From positions 1 to 33,586 of the forward strand of contig CAZOYL010000014.1 of the NCBI GenBank assembly GCA_964584035.1: a stretch of DNA of 33,586 nucleotides, in the 5' to 3' direction. Under the pieces are notes generated by a model that made no database searches, was not told the origin of the DNA, and saw only the letters and a program-made list of their open reading frames with translations. Positions 9,137 through 17,435 of the stretch are shown in pieces. Position numbers and translations under genes: made by a program. This DNA comes from an uncultured Gemmatimonadota bacterium. Lineage in GTDB: Bacteria; SM23-81. Within the stretch, counting starts at the first letter, position 1. Every line of letters starts with the position of its first letter.

Positions 9137-9838
9137 TTGCCGTTTGAATTTTACTACCAGCTCACCCGGCAGCAGCAACGGGACTATCGCAAGAGCGACG
9201 AGATCGAGAGTCTACCTCTCCCCCAGGAAGCCCGGCTGCGTGTTTGGGACCGAGTGGATGCTCTGGAGGCGGCCCTCGTCGCCGGGAAGTTGAAGCGTCT
9301 GCAGGCGGCCACTGCCGAGTTCTCTTTGGCGGTGACCCAGACCTTTGACGTCGACTCGGTGTGCGTGCTGGTGAAGTCCCGTCGTCCGATGGACCGGTCC
9401 GGGGCCGAGTACTACGGTCTGACCACCTGGGAGGATGGGAAGCAGCCGCTCATCGAGCTGTGGATGCGGACTCGAGCGCAGAGACGAGTCGTAGCCTTCA
9501 AGACCTACATGCGCACTTTGATTCACGAGCTGCTGCATCATCTGGACTACAGCTATCTGGGGCTGGGAGAAACCTTTCACACCCAGGGCTTTTTCAAACG
9601 AGAATCCAGTCTGTACAGACAGTTGGTAACAGAACGTCCTTCCCGGACCGCGGTATCCGAAAACATGGGCGAACCTGGCTCCACCCGGTACAAGCAACGG
9701 TCGGCCGAAAAGGAGCGAGAGGCGGCCCCATCACCGTGTACTCAGCGGATGGAACCCAAAGCAGAACCCGACCCTCCCAGCTCCTCGGGCCGTCGATGCA
9801 AGCGAAAGACAAATGAACAGCTCATCTTCCCCTTCTGA
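9137..9838 (+). CDS. Hypothetical HExxH zinc-metallopeptidase-like protein
   Basis: TLIHELLHH...FHTQGF, disordered tail ending QLIFPF; TTG start. Confidence 0.65.
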   Translation: MPFEFYYQLTRQQQRDYRKSDEIESLPLPQEARLRVWDRVDALEAALVAGKLKRLQAATAEFSLAVTQTFDVDSVCVLVKSRRPMDRSGAEYYGLTTWEDGKQPLIELWMRTRAQRRVVAFKTYMRTLIHELLHHLDYSYLGLGETFHTQGFFKRESSLYRQLVTERPSRTAVSENMGEPGSTRYKQRSAEKEREAAPSPCTQRMEPKAEPDPPSSSGRRCKRKTNEQLIFPF

Positions 9839-9933
9839 AGGGTTGACGTCCCTGGCAGCGGATACGCTTCTCTGGCTTTCACTTAGATAGAGCCGAAGAC
9901 GAAACCGATCACTCTGTAGTTAAATTCGGGAGT

Positions 9934-10008
9934 GCCTAACAAATCGCTGAATCCGGATTTGGGATAGCCGTTCCGGCTCCTCAAGCCGGTTAGCTCCAAC
10001 CGTCAGGT
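9934..10008 (+). repeat. attC site (short, unrelated type)
   Basis: GCCTAAC-AAATC-GCTGAATCCGG ... CCGGTTAGC-TCCAACC-GTCAGGT, 75 bp. Confidence 0.88.
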
Positions 10009-10049
10009 GGTACCCGAACCATTTCTGTGGTGATAGAGAGGATCTTCGT

Positions 10050-10517
10050 TTGCTGCACGTTTTTGTCGATGCTGATGCTTGCCCGGTCAAACAGGAGGTG
10101 TACCGTGTTGCAAGCCGATATCGCCTTGATGTCACTTTGGTGGCCAACTCTTGGATGCGAGTTCCTAATGAAGAATGGATCATACTCGAAGTTGTAGAGG
10201 ACCGATTCAACGCTGTCGATGACTGGATTGTCGAACACGTGCAATCTCGCGACATCGTGGTCACAGCTGACATTCCGCTAGCGAGCCGCTGCCTGAAAGA
10301 AGGGGCACGTGTCATTGGTCCAACCGGAAAGCCGTTCACGGAAGAGAACATTGGCCAGGCCCTCGCGACTCGGAACCTTTTGTCAGAACTTCGTGGCGCA
10401 GGAGAGATAACGGGTGGGCCCCCTCCACTCAAAAAACTTGATCGATCACGTTTTCTTCAAAAGCTCGACGAGGTGATTCAATCAATCCGTCGTGAGAATC
10501 CGTTCGATTCCACCTGA
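10050..10517 (+). CDS. yaiI: YaiI/YqxD (UPF0178) family protein
   Basis: VDADACPVK, DIVVTADIPLA and GGPPP motifs. Confidence 0.92.
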   Translation: MLHVFVDADACPVKQEVYRVASRYRLDVTLVANSWMRVPNEEWIILEVVEDRFNAVDDWIVEHVQSRDIVVTADIPLASRCLKEGARVIGPTGKPFTEENIGQALATRNLLSELRGAGEITGGPPPLKKLDRSRFLQKLDEVIQSIRRENPFDST

Positions 10518-10608
10518 CCAGCGCGTTCAATTGACGGTGGATAAAAGACGGTTCACTACAAGTCAAAACAAGCTCCACTCCACCATAACTGACGCGAAGT
10601 CATTAGAT
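10512..10608 (+). repeat. attC site (family-related; GAC-type R'', mutated R' ATTAGAT)
   Basis: ACCTGAC ... CGCGTTCAATT / AACTGACGCG ... ATTAGAT; shares the CAAAACAAGC loop with the family. Confidence 0.8.
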
Positions 10609-10654
10609 TTCTCTATCAAATGATGTTCTTTTCCAGAGTGAATTTCTTTTCCCC

Positions 10655-10683
10655 TTGACTTTTCCGTAATGATATCATAATAT
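10655..10683 (+). promoter_or_regulatory. Probable hicAB promoter/operator
   Basis: TTGACT, 17 bp, TAATAT; palindrome ATGATATCAT at 10669-10678. Confidence 0.6.
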
Positions 10684-10692
10684 AGTATCGTC

Positions 10693-10956
10693 ATGAGTCT
10701 CTCTAAAAAACACCAAAAAACCCCCGCTGCCATCTTCCAGACCCCTGCCCCATCCGATGTCCCCTGGGATGATATCGTAAAACTCCTGGCAACCCATGGA
10801 GCTGAAATCACTGAAGGTCGGGGATCAAGAGTGAGAATAGCCCTGGAAGATGTTCGTGCTGTGTTCCATCGACCACATCCAAGAAAGGAAACTGATAAAG
10901 GAGCTTTGAGATCAATGAAACAATTTTTAACCGAAGCAGGAGTGAAGGCATGTTGA
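10693..10956 (+). CDS. hicA: HicA family toxin
   Basis: EGRGSRVR...VFHRPHP..ETDKGA motif. Confidence 0.9.
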   Translation: MSLSKKHQKTPAAIFQTPAPSDVPWDDIVKLLATHGAEITEGRGSRVRIALEDVRAVFHRPHPRKETDKGALRSMKQFLTEAGVKAC

Positions 10957-11270
10957 GGTATAAAGGATACACCGGACAGGTGAACTTTGACGCCGATGCT
11001 GAAATCTTCCACGGAGAGGTCATCGACACACGAGATGTCATCACCTTCCAGGGACGAAATGTCAAAGAGCTGAAGAAGGCTTTCCGAGATTCCATCGATG
11101 ACTATCTGGAATTCTGTAAGAGCCGTCAGGAGAAACCAGATAAACCTTTCTCTGGAAAGTTTGTATTACGATTATCGCCAGATCTGCATCATAGAGTGTA
11201 TCTGATGGCCATGCAATCTGGAAAGAGTCTTAATTCTTGGATCCGAGAAGTATTAAAAAAAGCAGTCTGA
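10950..11270 (+). CDS. hicB: HicB family antitoxin
   Basis: YKGYTG...DVITFQG...DDYLEFC...KPFSGKFVLR...SLNSW; overlaps hicA. Confidence 0.92.
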   Translation: MLRYKGYTGQVNFDADAEIFHGEVIDTRDVITFQGRNVKELKKAFRDSIDDYLEFCKSRQEKPDKPFSGKFVLRLSPDLHHRVYLMAMQSGKSLNSWIREVLKKAV

Positions 11271-11305
11271 TTTCAAGAATATAATAACCCTATGTCTATG
11301 TCGAA

Positions 11306-11404
11306 CTTTAACCAACACATAGAATTGACGGCTTTTTAAAGCACTCGCATCATCTTTAAAACCAGCCCAGCTCCCCACCACAACTGATGCCCCAACCGTT
11401 AGGT
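11306..11404 (+). repeat. attC site (family copy, eroded left arm)
   Basis: CTTTAAC ... TTGACGGCTTTTTAAAGC ... CAACTGATGCCCCAACC-GTTAGGT. Confidence 0.82.
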
Positions 11405-11421
11405 GCCCTATGGAGGATAAG

Positions 11422-11766
11422 ATGAATAATACAATGAGATCAGCATTCACCGATGCAGTACAATACTGGGAGAAAAAGCGTATCATCTACAACATCGGAC
11501 TGCTGCTCATCGTTGGCGGATATTTCATCTACAATACACCGCAGTCGGTCGATGTCATCAGTTTTAACTTCATCCTCATTCTGTTTGTACTGGCTATCTT
11601 AGCGAACGTTTTTTATAGTTCGGCCTATATAGTAGACGTCTTCTTACAGTTTACCGATTTTGCTGCCGTATGGAGGAAAAGACGCTGGATCCTCTTCACC
11701 ATAGGATTTGTCCTTGCAGCGGTCATCACAAGGTTTATCTCGATGGACATATTCGTCTCTTCTTAG
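11422..11766 (+). CDS. Hypothetical membrane protein (about 3 TM helices)
   Basis: GGAGGA RBS before ATG 11422; YWEKKRIIYN followed by hydrophobic helices. Confidence 0.7.
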   Translation: MNNTMRSAFTDAVQYWEKKRIIYNIGLLLIVGGYFIYNTPQSVDVISFNFILILFVLAILANVFYSSAYIVDVFLQFTDFAAVWRKRRWILFTIGFVLAAVITRFISMDIFVSS

Positions 11767-11896
11767 TCTCAACCTTCGGTTGTTCTGATCTCAAGTTCAA
11801 GCCAATGCCTCTGAGTATCGCAATGATTACCCTGTGTAAGATATGCCGATGAAATCCCGGGCTATGAATCCGAATGTAATCTTCAGGAGTTAAGCC

Positions 11897-12142
11897 GTGA
11901 ACCTGGATCAACTTACTGAGTTCTTTAAGTGGATGACGATAATAAATGTAATCTTATTCCTGGTTAATACCGTATTGATCATACTTCTGCGGAAAGTGCT
12001 ATGCCGACTATATGGGAAATTATTTGGACTATCCGAAGATCATGCTTCGATCATTATGTTTGCCTGGTTAGGTCTCTTTAGGATAATAATTCTGGCATTT
12101 AATATCGTTCCATTTGTAGCTTTTTCTATCATCAGTCGATAG
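11897..12142 (+). CDS. Small 2-TM protein (DUF6868-like)
   Basis: FFKWMTIIN...GKLFGL...FNIVPF pattern; AGGAG RBS. Confidence 0.65.
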   Translation: MNLDQLTEFFKWMTIINVILFLVNTVLIILLRKVLCRLYGKLFGLSEDHASIIMFAWLGLFRIIILAFNIVPFVAFSIISR

Positions 12143-12207
12143 GTTTCATATTCGACGATGGGGAAGTGTTCGGCCAGGCCGGAGAGGTGTGAGCGGCAGG
12201 TGATCTT

Positions 12208-12216
12208 TGGTATAAT
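12208..12216 (+). promoter_or_regulatory. Extended -10 promoter (TGn-TATAAT) upstream of the CGGC gene
   Basis: TGGTATAAT about 85 bp before the ATG; no good -35. Confidence 0.5.
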
Positions 12217-12300
12217 AATTCATTGAGGTCACCGGATAGATAAAAGTGAATGTATTGGTTGTGGTGAATCCGCCTTGACTCCTTTAAAGGAGTAGATGAC

Positions 12301-12747
12301 ATGGAAGAAGAAACAAAGATTGGTATCATCATCTGTGACCGCTACCGTAGGTGTGCAGGCGGAAAATGCTTCAGATCATTGTGCAATAGAGAAGGTGCAT
12401 TTAGCCGGTACAAGAATATGGAAGTTGAAGTTGTTGGGTATACCACTTGCGATGGGTGTCCTGGTGGTAATGTTGAATATGCTGTGGAGGAAATGAAGGA
12501 AAACGGAGCAGAGGCGATACATCTTGCCACTGGACTCGTTGTGGGCTATCCGCCATGTCCTCATATCACCTATTTTCATGACTTTATTAAAACAAGATAT
12601 GGCCTCGAAGTCGTTTATGGCACTCATCCCATACCTCAAAAATACCTCAATATGCACGATCAGTTGAAAACATGGAATGATCCCGAGTGGAAAAAGGTTA
12701 TTCAACCAACATTGGCGGATGAGAAAACTCGTTTATCTTATGACTAG
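12301..12747 (+). CDS. CGGC-domain metal-binding protein
   Basis: IIICD...CAGGKC...TCDGCPG...IHLAT...PPCPH...GTH. Confidence 0.88.
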   Translation: MEEETKIGIIICDRYRRCAGGKCFRSLCNREGAFSRYKNMEVEVVGYTTCDGCPGGNVEYAVEEMKENGAEAIHLATGLVVGYPPCPHITYFHDFIKTRYGLEVVYGTHPIPQKYLNMHDQLKTWNDPEWKKVIQPTLADEKTRLSYD

Positions 12748-12792
12748 CATACAAGTTGATGCGTTGAGCGGTCAGAATCATGACCGAAGGCG

Positions 12793-12900
12793 GCCTAAGA
12801 AGTCGTTCCTTTGATCGGTGTTCCTCAGTTGCCCGTTGTTTAACGCATGATCCAAAACCAGCCCATCTCCCCTCCGCAACTAATGTGCAAACCGTCAGGT
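12793..12900 (+). repeat. Degenerate attC (family copy, right half conserved)
   Basis: CAAAACCAGCCCATCTCCCC-TCCGCAACTAATG...ACC-GTCAGGT; left boundary uncertain. Confidence 0.7.
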
Positions 12901-12916
12901 GCACAGAGATAAACAC

Positions 12917-13393
12917 ATGAAGGATTCACTCCGCACAGGCATCACATTCGGACTTACATCGGCCGTTATCACAACACTCGGCTTGATGGTCGGCCTAAAT
13001 TCCGGAACGCACTCACGAACGGTAGTATTGGGCGGGATTTTGACCATCGCGATCGCCGATGCCTTTTCCGACGCACTCGGTATCCACGTTTCTGAAGAGT
13101 CGGAGAACATTCACACGGTTAAACAGATTTGGGGCTCCACAGTTGCTACGTTTCTTTCCAAGTTTCTCTTTGCCCTCACTTTTACCTTACCCGTTCTTTT
13201 TCTGCCCCTCTCGACTGCCATCATTGTCAGCCTCCTCTGGGGCATGTCGATTCTTGCCGTTCTGAGCTATGCAATGGCCAAGTCTCAAGGAGAAACCCCC
13301 TGGAAAATAGTGGCCGAGCACATAGTGATTGCCCTTTTTGTTATCGTTATCACGCACCTGGTTGGAAATTGGCTGGGCACTCTTGGAAGATGA
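12917..13393 (+). CDS. VIT1/CCC1-like membrane protein
   Basis: FGLTSAVITTLGL...AIADAFSDALGIHVSEESE; about 5 TM helices. Confidence 0.82.
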   Translation: MKDSLRTGITFGLTSAVITTLGLMVGLNSGTHSRTVVLGGILTIAIADAFSDALGIHVSEESENIHTVKQIWGSTVATFLSKFLFALTFTLPVLFLPLSTAIIVSLLWGMSILAVLSYAMAKSQGETPWKIVAEHIVIALFVIVITHLVGNWLGTLGR

Positions 13394-13398
13394 TCAGC

Positions 13399-13436
13399 AC
13401 CTCACAGTCGCATATATATGCCCCTCAGTGTTGAGC
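13399..13436 (+). repeat. Collapsed attC remnant (38 bp)
   Basis: ACCTCAC-AGTC-GCATAT/ATATGC-CCCTCAGT-GTTGAGC; both ends match their partner cassette ends (12894 and 14454). Confidence 0.6.
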
Positions 13437-13541
13437 ATCATCAGGACTATACGCGATCTGCCGTCCCCGCAGGAACTGAGAAAGCAGCGCGGGAGGAAAT
13501 GCATTTCTTAGTGGATCGTCAGAAAACAGGAGAAGTCGAGC

Positions 13542-14462
13542 ATGCCGACAAAGAACAGTCCTGGTGACGTATCGAAGCTCACGAATCCGCCGAGCAGCTA
13601 TCGGCTGCCCGTTCCCGTAAGACTGCTGGTCATTCTCCTGGTGGCCGTCGGGGTGATTCTGACGATCTTGGTCGTCTTGCCTCTGGCTCGGATCCTGGGT
13701 GTGGAGCTGTCGCAGTTGCAGGGAGCAGGCTTCGAGCCGACACCTAGGACGTTAACGATCGTCCTGCTCTATTCGGCATCGCAGTTCCTGCTGATTTGGC
13801 TGGTCATGCGATTCGTCCATCACCGCCGGTTCGGCACGTTGGGTTTCAGGGGGCCCATCATCCTTCCACTCCTGGTTGGCACGGCAATCGGTCTTGTGAT
13901 TGAGCTGGTTAATACAGGGCTCCTTTGTGCTGCCGGCAGCGGTGTTCATCTCGAGTCGAACATTCCGCCGGAGGCAACAGCGGCATCGGTCGTCGGCTAT
14001 TTCCTTCTCTTTCTTCTCTTTCTGCTGACCCTGAATTCCCTTAAGGAAGAACTCGTTTTCCGCGCCTACCCTATCGAGCAATTCAATGATCATCCACGCG
14101 CTATCGTGCCCGTTCTTGTTTTCGTATCGTTGGTGTTCGCAGCCGTCCACCACGTCATCGAACCGTTCCGGATGGCCGCCTTTCTCTCCAGATTCTTCAT
14201 TGCCATGCTGTTTTCTTATGTCTACTTTCAGTGGCGGTCCATCTGGCTCATCGTTGGACTTCACAACGGGATGAACCTGATCGGATTCCTGCTCGTGGGT
14301 CACTGGAAGTCTGGGGGCCTCCTGAAGCTCAGTTATGAACCGCCGAGTCAAGCAGTTGAGGTCGCGATCGAGCTCGGAGTCAAGATCATCGCCCTGGGAG
14401 TGATTCACCTCGTCTGGCAAAGAATTCGGGCAAGGCGAGTATTACAAACGATCGATGCCTAA
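13542..14462 (+). CDS. CPBP/CAAX (Abi) family intramembrane metalloprotease
   Basis: KEELVFR, FAAVHH and LHNGMN motifs; AGGAG RBS; the stop codon lies in the attC R''. Confidence 0.9.
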   Translation: MPTKNSPGDVSKLTNPPSSYRLPVPVRLLVILLVAVGVILTILVVLPLARILGVELSQLQGAGFEPTPRTLTIVLLYSASQFLLIWLVMRFVHHRRFGTLGFRGPIILPLLVGTAIGLVIELVNTGLLCAAGSGVHLESNIPPEATAASVVGYFLLFLLFLLTLNSLKEELVFRAYPIEQFNDHPRAIVPVLVFVSLVFAAVHHVIEPFRMAAFLSRFFIAMLFSYVYFQWRSIWLIVGLHNGMNLIGFLLVGHWKSGGLLKLSYEPPSQAVEVAIELGVKIIALGVIHLVWQRIRARRVLQTIDA

Positions 14463-14595
14463 CCAGCGCAATCAGTTGACGGCGACCAACCCTTCCTCCC
14501 GCCACCACCCGGTGGGCGGCGGACATTGCCCGACTCATCCCTGCCCTTAAGGAATCCTTATGGCCCCGCCTCGACGGATGCGCTGATCGTTCGTC
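14457..14595 (+). repeat. attC site (long, unrelated type)
   Basis: GCCTAAC-CA-GCGCAATCAGTTGA ... TCGACGGATGCGC-TGATC-GTTCGTC, 139 bp. Confidence 0.75.
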
Positions 14596-14683
14596 AGATT
14601 CATCATGAAGTGTGCGACCTTTATCAAAGGTGATCGGTGGTCATTTCTCAGAGGTGTATCGATCCATATCCAATAATTAATGG

Positions 14684-14712
14684 TTGCACGGTATCCGCGA
14701 TAGCATTATATT
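14684..14712 (+). promoter_or_regulatory. Probable higBA promoter
   Basis: TTGCAC, 17 bp, TATATT, with a TATC-CGC-GATA inverted repeat in the spacer. Confidence 0.6.
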
Positions 14713-14745
14713 CCGAGCAACCTTTTTTACATCGGAGTTGCCAGA

Positions 14746-15042
14746 GTGATTTCATCCTTCAAAGATACAGCCGCCGAAAATCTCTATCATGGAAGGAATA
14801 CGAAAGAGATCCGGATTTTTCCTATAGACAGTATCAAGATTTCTCTCAGGAAGCTGGATCTTTTAAATGCTGCCGCAGACCTCAGAGATCTCCGATCGAC
14901 CCCTGGCCATCATCTGAAAATATTAAAGGGCGCTTTGAAAGGTTTCTATAGCATCGGATTAAACGACCAATGGCGAATCATTTTCAGATGGGCGGAAAAA
15001 AACGCATGTGACGTCATGATCACGGCTGACCACGTCTCATAG
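14746..15042 (+). CDS. higB: HigB (plasmid-maintenance killer) toxin, possibly inactive
   Basis: MISSFKD...RKLDLL...LKG...NDQWRIIFRW; ends ADH rather than DYH. Confidence 0.85.
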   Translation: MISSFKDTAAENLYHGRNTKEIRIFPIDSIKISLRKLDLLNAAADLRDLRSTPGHHLKILKGALKGFYSIGLNDQWRIIFRWAEKNACDVMITADHVS

Positions 15043-15050
15043 AAGAAAGG

Positions 15051-15347
15051 ATGAAAAGAATGTTGCCCGAGAGAAGAATTCCAATACATCCCGGGGAGAT
15101 TCTTCAGGAAGAATTCATCACGCCTCTCAACCTGACCCAAGTTGAGCTTGCTCATCATCTCGGCGTTCCCGTCCAGCGTATCAACGAATTGGTCCGCGGC
15201 AAGCGCGGAATAACTCCAGAGACTGCCTGGCTGCTTTCGCAAGCATTCGATACAACCCCGGAGTTCTGGATCAATTTGCAGACCTCTTATGATCTTGCCA
15301 GAAACCGCCCATTAAAAAAAGTGCCCAAGCTGATCCATGTTATTTAA
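15051..15347 (+). CDS. higA: HigA antitoxin
   Basis: PIHPGEILQEEF...RINELVRGKRGITPETA...TTPEFWINLQ. Confidence 0.93.
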   Translation: MKRMLPERRIPIHPGEILQEEFITPLNLTQVELAHHLGVPVQRINELVRGKRGITPETAWLLSQAFDTTPEFWINLQTSYDLARNRPLKKVPKLIHVI

Positions 15348-15368
15348 CTGAGGCTGAGACCGTCATCA
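15342..15368 (+). repeat. Collapsed attC remnant
   Basis: ATTTAAC fused through the shared AAC to AACTGAGGCTGAGACC-GTCATCA; L'-R' spacing matches the family. Confidence 0.5.
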
Positions 15369-15390
15369 TCGCGGAAAGGGAAAACAAGGC

Positions 15391-15751
15391 GTGACGATAC
15401 TCAACACGATCGGCCGAACGAGGCTCGTTCCCCTCCGGCATATCGTCCCGGAGGGCAGCGCCAGGATTCTCATCAAGCTGGAATATGAAAACCCGACGGG
15501 GAGCATGAAAGACCGTATGGCGCTCGCCATGGTTGAGGCGGCCGAGGCGGACGGTATCGACTCAGGAAGCGATGGCGACAACCCGGCTCCTCGCTCGTCA
15601 AGAAGGTATCTTTGCAGGCACTTCCACAGGTGGAAACGTGGCCGTGGCGTTGCGGGTCGCCGAACACCTGGGGCCTGACCACACAGTGGTCACCGTGGCA
15701 GTGGATTCAGGAATGAAGTACCTCAGCACAGCGTTGTATGGCGACACTTGA
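15391..15751 (+). pseudogene. cysK: Cysteine synthase (CysK/CysM family) with large internal deletion and frameshift
   Basis: N-terminus IGRT.LV...KLEYENPTGSMKDRMA...ADG is joined near 15551-15555 to the C-terminus LARQEGIFAGTSTG...DSGMKYLST in another frame. Confidence 0.9.
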
Positions 15752-15769
15752 GAAAAGAGAAGGATCGGA

Positions 15770-16552
15770 GTGATTTTGGGTTCTCGAAAGATATTGAGCA
15801 AGATACTTTCCCGCTGGGGACTGGCCGTCGAGCGCTCGACTCCAGCAGTCCTCCATTCGAAAACCAGATTTACTGTTGACTTTAATTTCTTGATTCGCTG
15901 CGAGATCGCCCGCCGCGGGGGCGCCTTCAGCTTTGTCCAGGTTGGCGCGAACGACGGCATCAGCCGCAAAGACGACCTCCTTGCTTACGTGCGAGAGTTT
16001 GACGCCACGGGCGTGATGGTAGAGCCTCAACCCGACGTATTTCAGAACCTCGAACGCAACTACTCGGACCATCCGGGCGTCATTCTGCTGAACAAGGCTA
16101 TCCACCGTAATAGGACAACGATGACGCTGTATCGGTTCAACGCCGAAATGCTTCCTGACCGCTCCGATTATCCACTCTGGGCGACCACGAACGGCATGGC
16201 AAGCTTCAGCCGGCGGCATGTCTGTGACCATGCAAAAAAAATACGTCTCAACACCGACGTCATCCAGGAACTGGCGGTGGAGTGCATCAGCGTAGACGAC
16301 CTGCTGACGCATTGTGACCGTTCGCCGGTCCTATTGAAAATCGACGTCGAAGGCTACGACTGCGAGATTCTCGACGCCCTGAACCTTGATCGCTTCCATC
16401 CGAGCATCATCCGGTTCGAGAATCTCCATATGACCGGGCAGCAATATCGGGCGATCATCGATAAGTTGTCGGCGGCAGGCTATCGATTCCTGGCCAACGA
16501 GGTCAACACCACGGCCTATTCCCCGGCCAGGCGAAGGCAGACTGGCCGGTGA
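15770..16552 (+). CDS. FkbM family methyltransferase
   Basis: FVQVGANDG, VEPQP, LLKIDVEGYD and IRFE motifs. Confidence 0.9.
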   Translation: MILGSRKILSKILSRWGLAVERSTPAVLHSKTRFTVDFNFLIRCEIARRGGAFSFVQVGANDGISRKDDLLAYVREFDATGVMVEPQPDVFQNLERNYSDHPGVILLNKAIHRNRTTMTLYRFNAEMLPDRSDYPLWATTNGMASFSRRHVCDHAKKIRLNTDVIQELAVECISVDDLLTHCDRSPVLLKIDVEGYDCEILDALNLDRFHPSIIRFENLHMTGQQYRAIIDKLSAAGYRFLANEVNTTAYSPARRRQTGR

Positions 16553-16591
16553 TTCTGCTATCGAAACCGCTCCAGAATTGGAACAAGGCCG

Positions 16592-16663
16592 CGATGACCG
16601 ATCGCGGCACCGGAGGGTATTTCCGCTGCGTTTTATCGCCACCGGTGAGCTTGATCGTCAGGC
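16592..16663 (+). repeat. attC site (short, GAC/GTC type, eroded)
   Basis: CGATGAC-CGATC-GCGGCACCGG ... CCGGTGAGC-TTGATC-GTCAGGC, 72 bp. Confidence 0.72.
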
Positions 16664-16702
16664 GCACCGCTCAGCCGATACGCTGGCACACAGGAGTGTC
16701 CG

Positions 16703-17401
16703 ATGAGTAAAGCAATCGCTATCAATGGCAGCCCCCAGATGGAGAAGGGGAATACCGCCATGGTCCTGACCCCCTTTATCCAAGGGATGATGGCTGCCGG
16801 AGCAGATGTCGAGCTGTTCTACGCCAGCCGCCTGCAAGTTAAACCTTGTGCCTGTGGAGAGATGTATTGCTGGTACAGAAGGCCCGGCGAATGCTGCATC
16901 AAGGATGACATGCAGCTGCTTTATCCCAAGCTGAAGGCGGCCGACATCCTGATTCTGGCCACCCCGGTTTACATTCCTCTGCCCGGTGATATGCAGGACA
17001 TCATCAACAGGCTGTGCCCTCTTTTCAAACCCTTGCTTGAAACACGTCAGGGACGGACGCGCGGCAGGTTTCACGAAGAGGTGAGGATTCAGAAAATCGT
17101 TCTCATCTCCACGGGCGGATGGTGGGAAATAGACAACTTCGGCACAGTGCTGCGCATCGCCGAAGAGCTTGCCGAGGATGCGAGCGTCGATTTCGCCGGC
17201 GCCGTGCTCAGGCCGCATGCATTTTTGATGAAGAATGAGGGTCAACTGACCGAGGAGGGAGAATCCATTCTGAATGCGCTCAAAAAAGCGGGCTCTGATC
17301 TCATCGAAAAGGGTGCCATGAGCAAGGAATCTCTCGAAGCGATACGTCGTCCCCTCATCCCGGAGGAGGAGCTCAGGAACAGGTTCAACCAGTTATTGTG
17401 A
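16703..17401 (+). CDS. Flavodoxin-fold protein (NADPH-dependent FMN reductase / iron-sulfur flavoprotein family)
   Basis: INGSP..GNT, PCACGEMYCW....CCIKDDM and ATPVY motifs. Confidence 0.88.
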   Translation: MSKAIAINGSPQMEKGNTAMVLTPFIQGMMAAGADVELFYASRLQVKPCACGEMYCWYRRPGECCIKDDMQLLYPKLKAADILILATPVYIPLPGDMQDIINRLCPLFKPLLETRQGRTRGRFHEEVRIQKIVLISTGGWWEIDNFGTVLRIAEELAEDASVDFAGAVLRPHAFLMKNEGQLTEEGESILNALKKAGSDLIEKGAMSKESLEAIRRPLIPEEELRNRFNQLL

Positions 17402-17405
17402 GAGA

Positions 17406-17435
17406 GTGTGTCTGCTGATGCGCAGGTCGTCATGC
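17406..17435 (+). repeat. Collapsed attC remnant
   Basis: GTGTGTCTG (similar to the reverse complement of cassette start GTCAGGCGCAC) abuts CTGATGCGCAGGTC-GTCATGC. Confidence 0.55.

Noticed and set aside
12150..12200. Fluoride-riboswitch-like GACGATGG...GTTCGGCC
   Set aside because: The pairing and downstream conserved segment do not fit, and the downstream gene is not fluoride-related.
150..12900. Recurrent ~98-bp repeats as a CRISPR array or REP/MITE
   Set aside because: The repeats are too long, are separated by whole genes, and have attC R/L box architecture; no cas genes or target-site duplications are visible.
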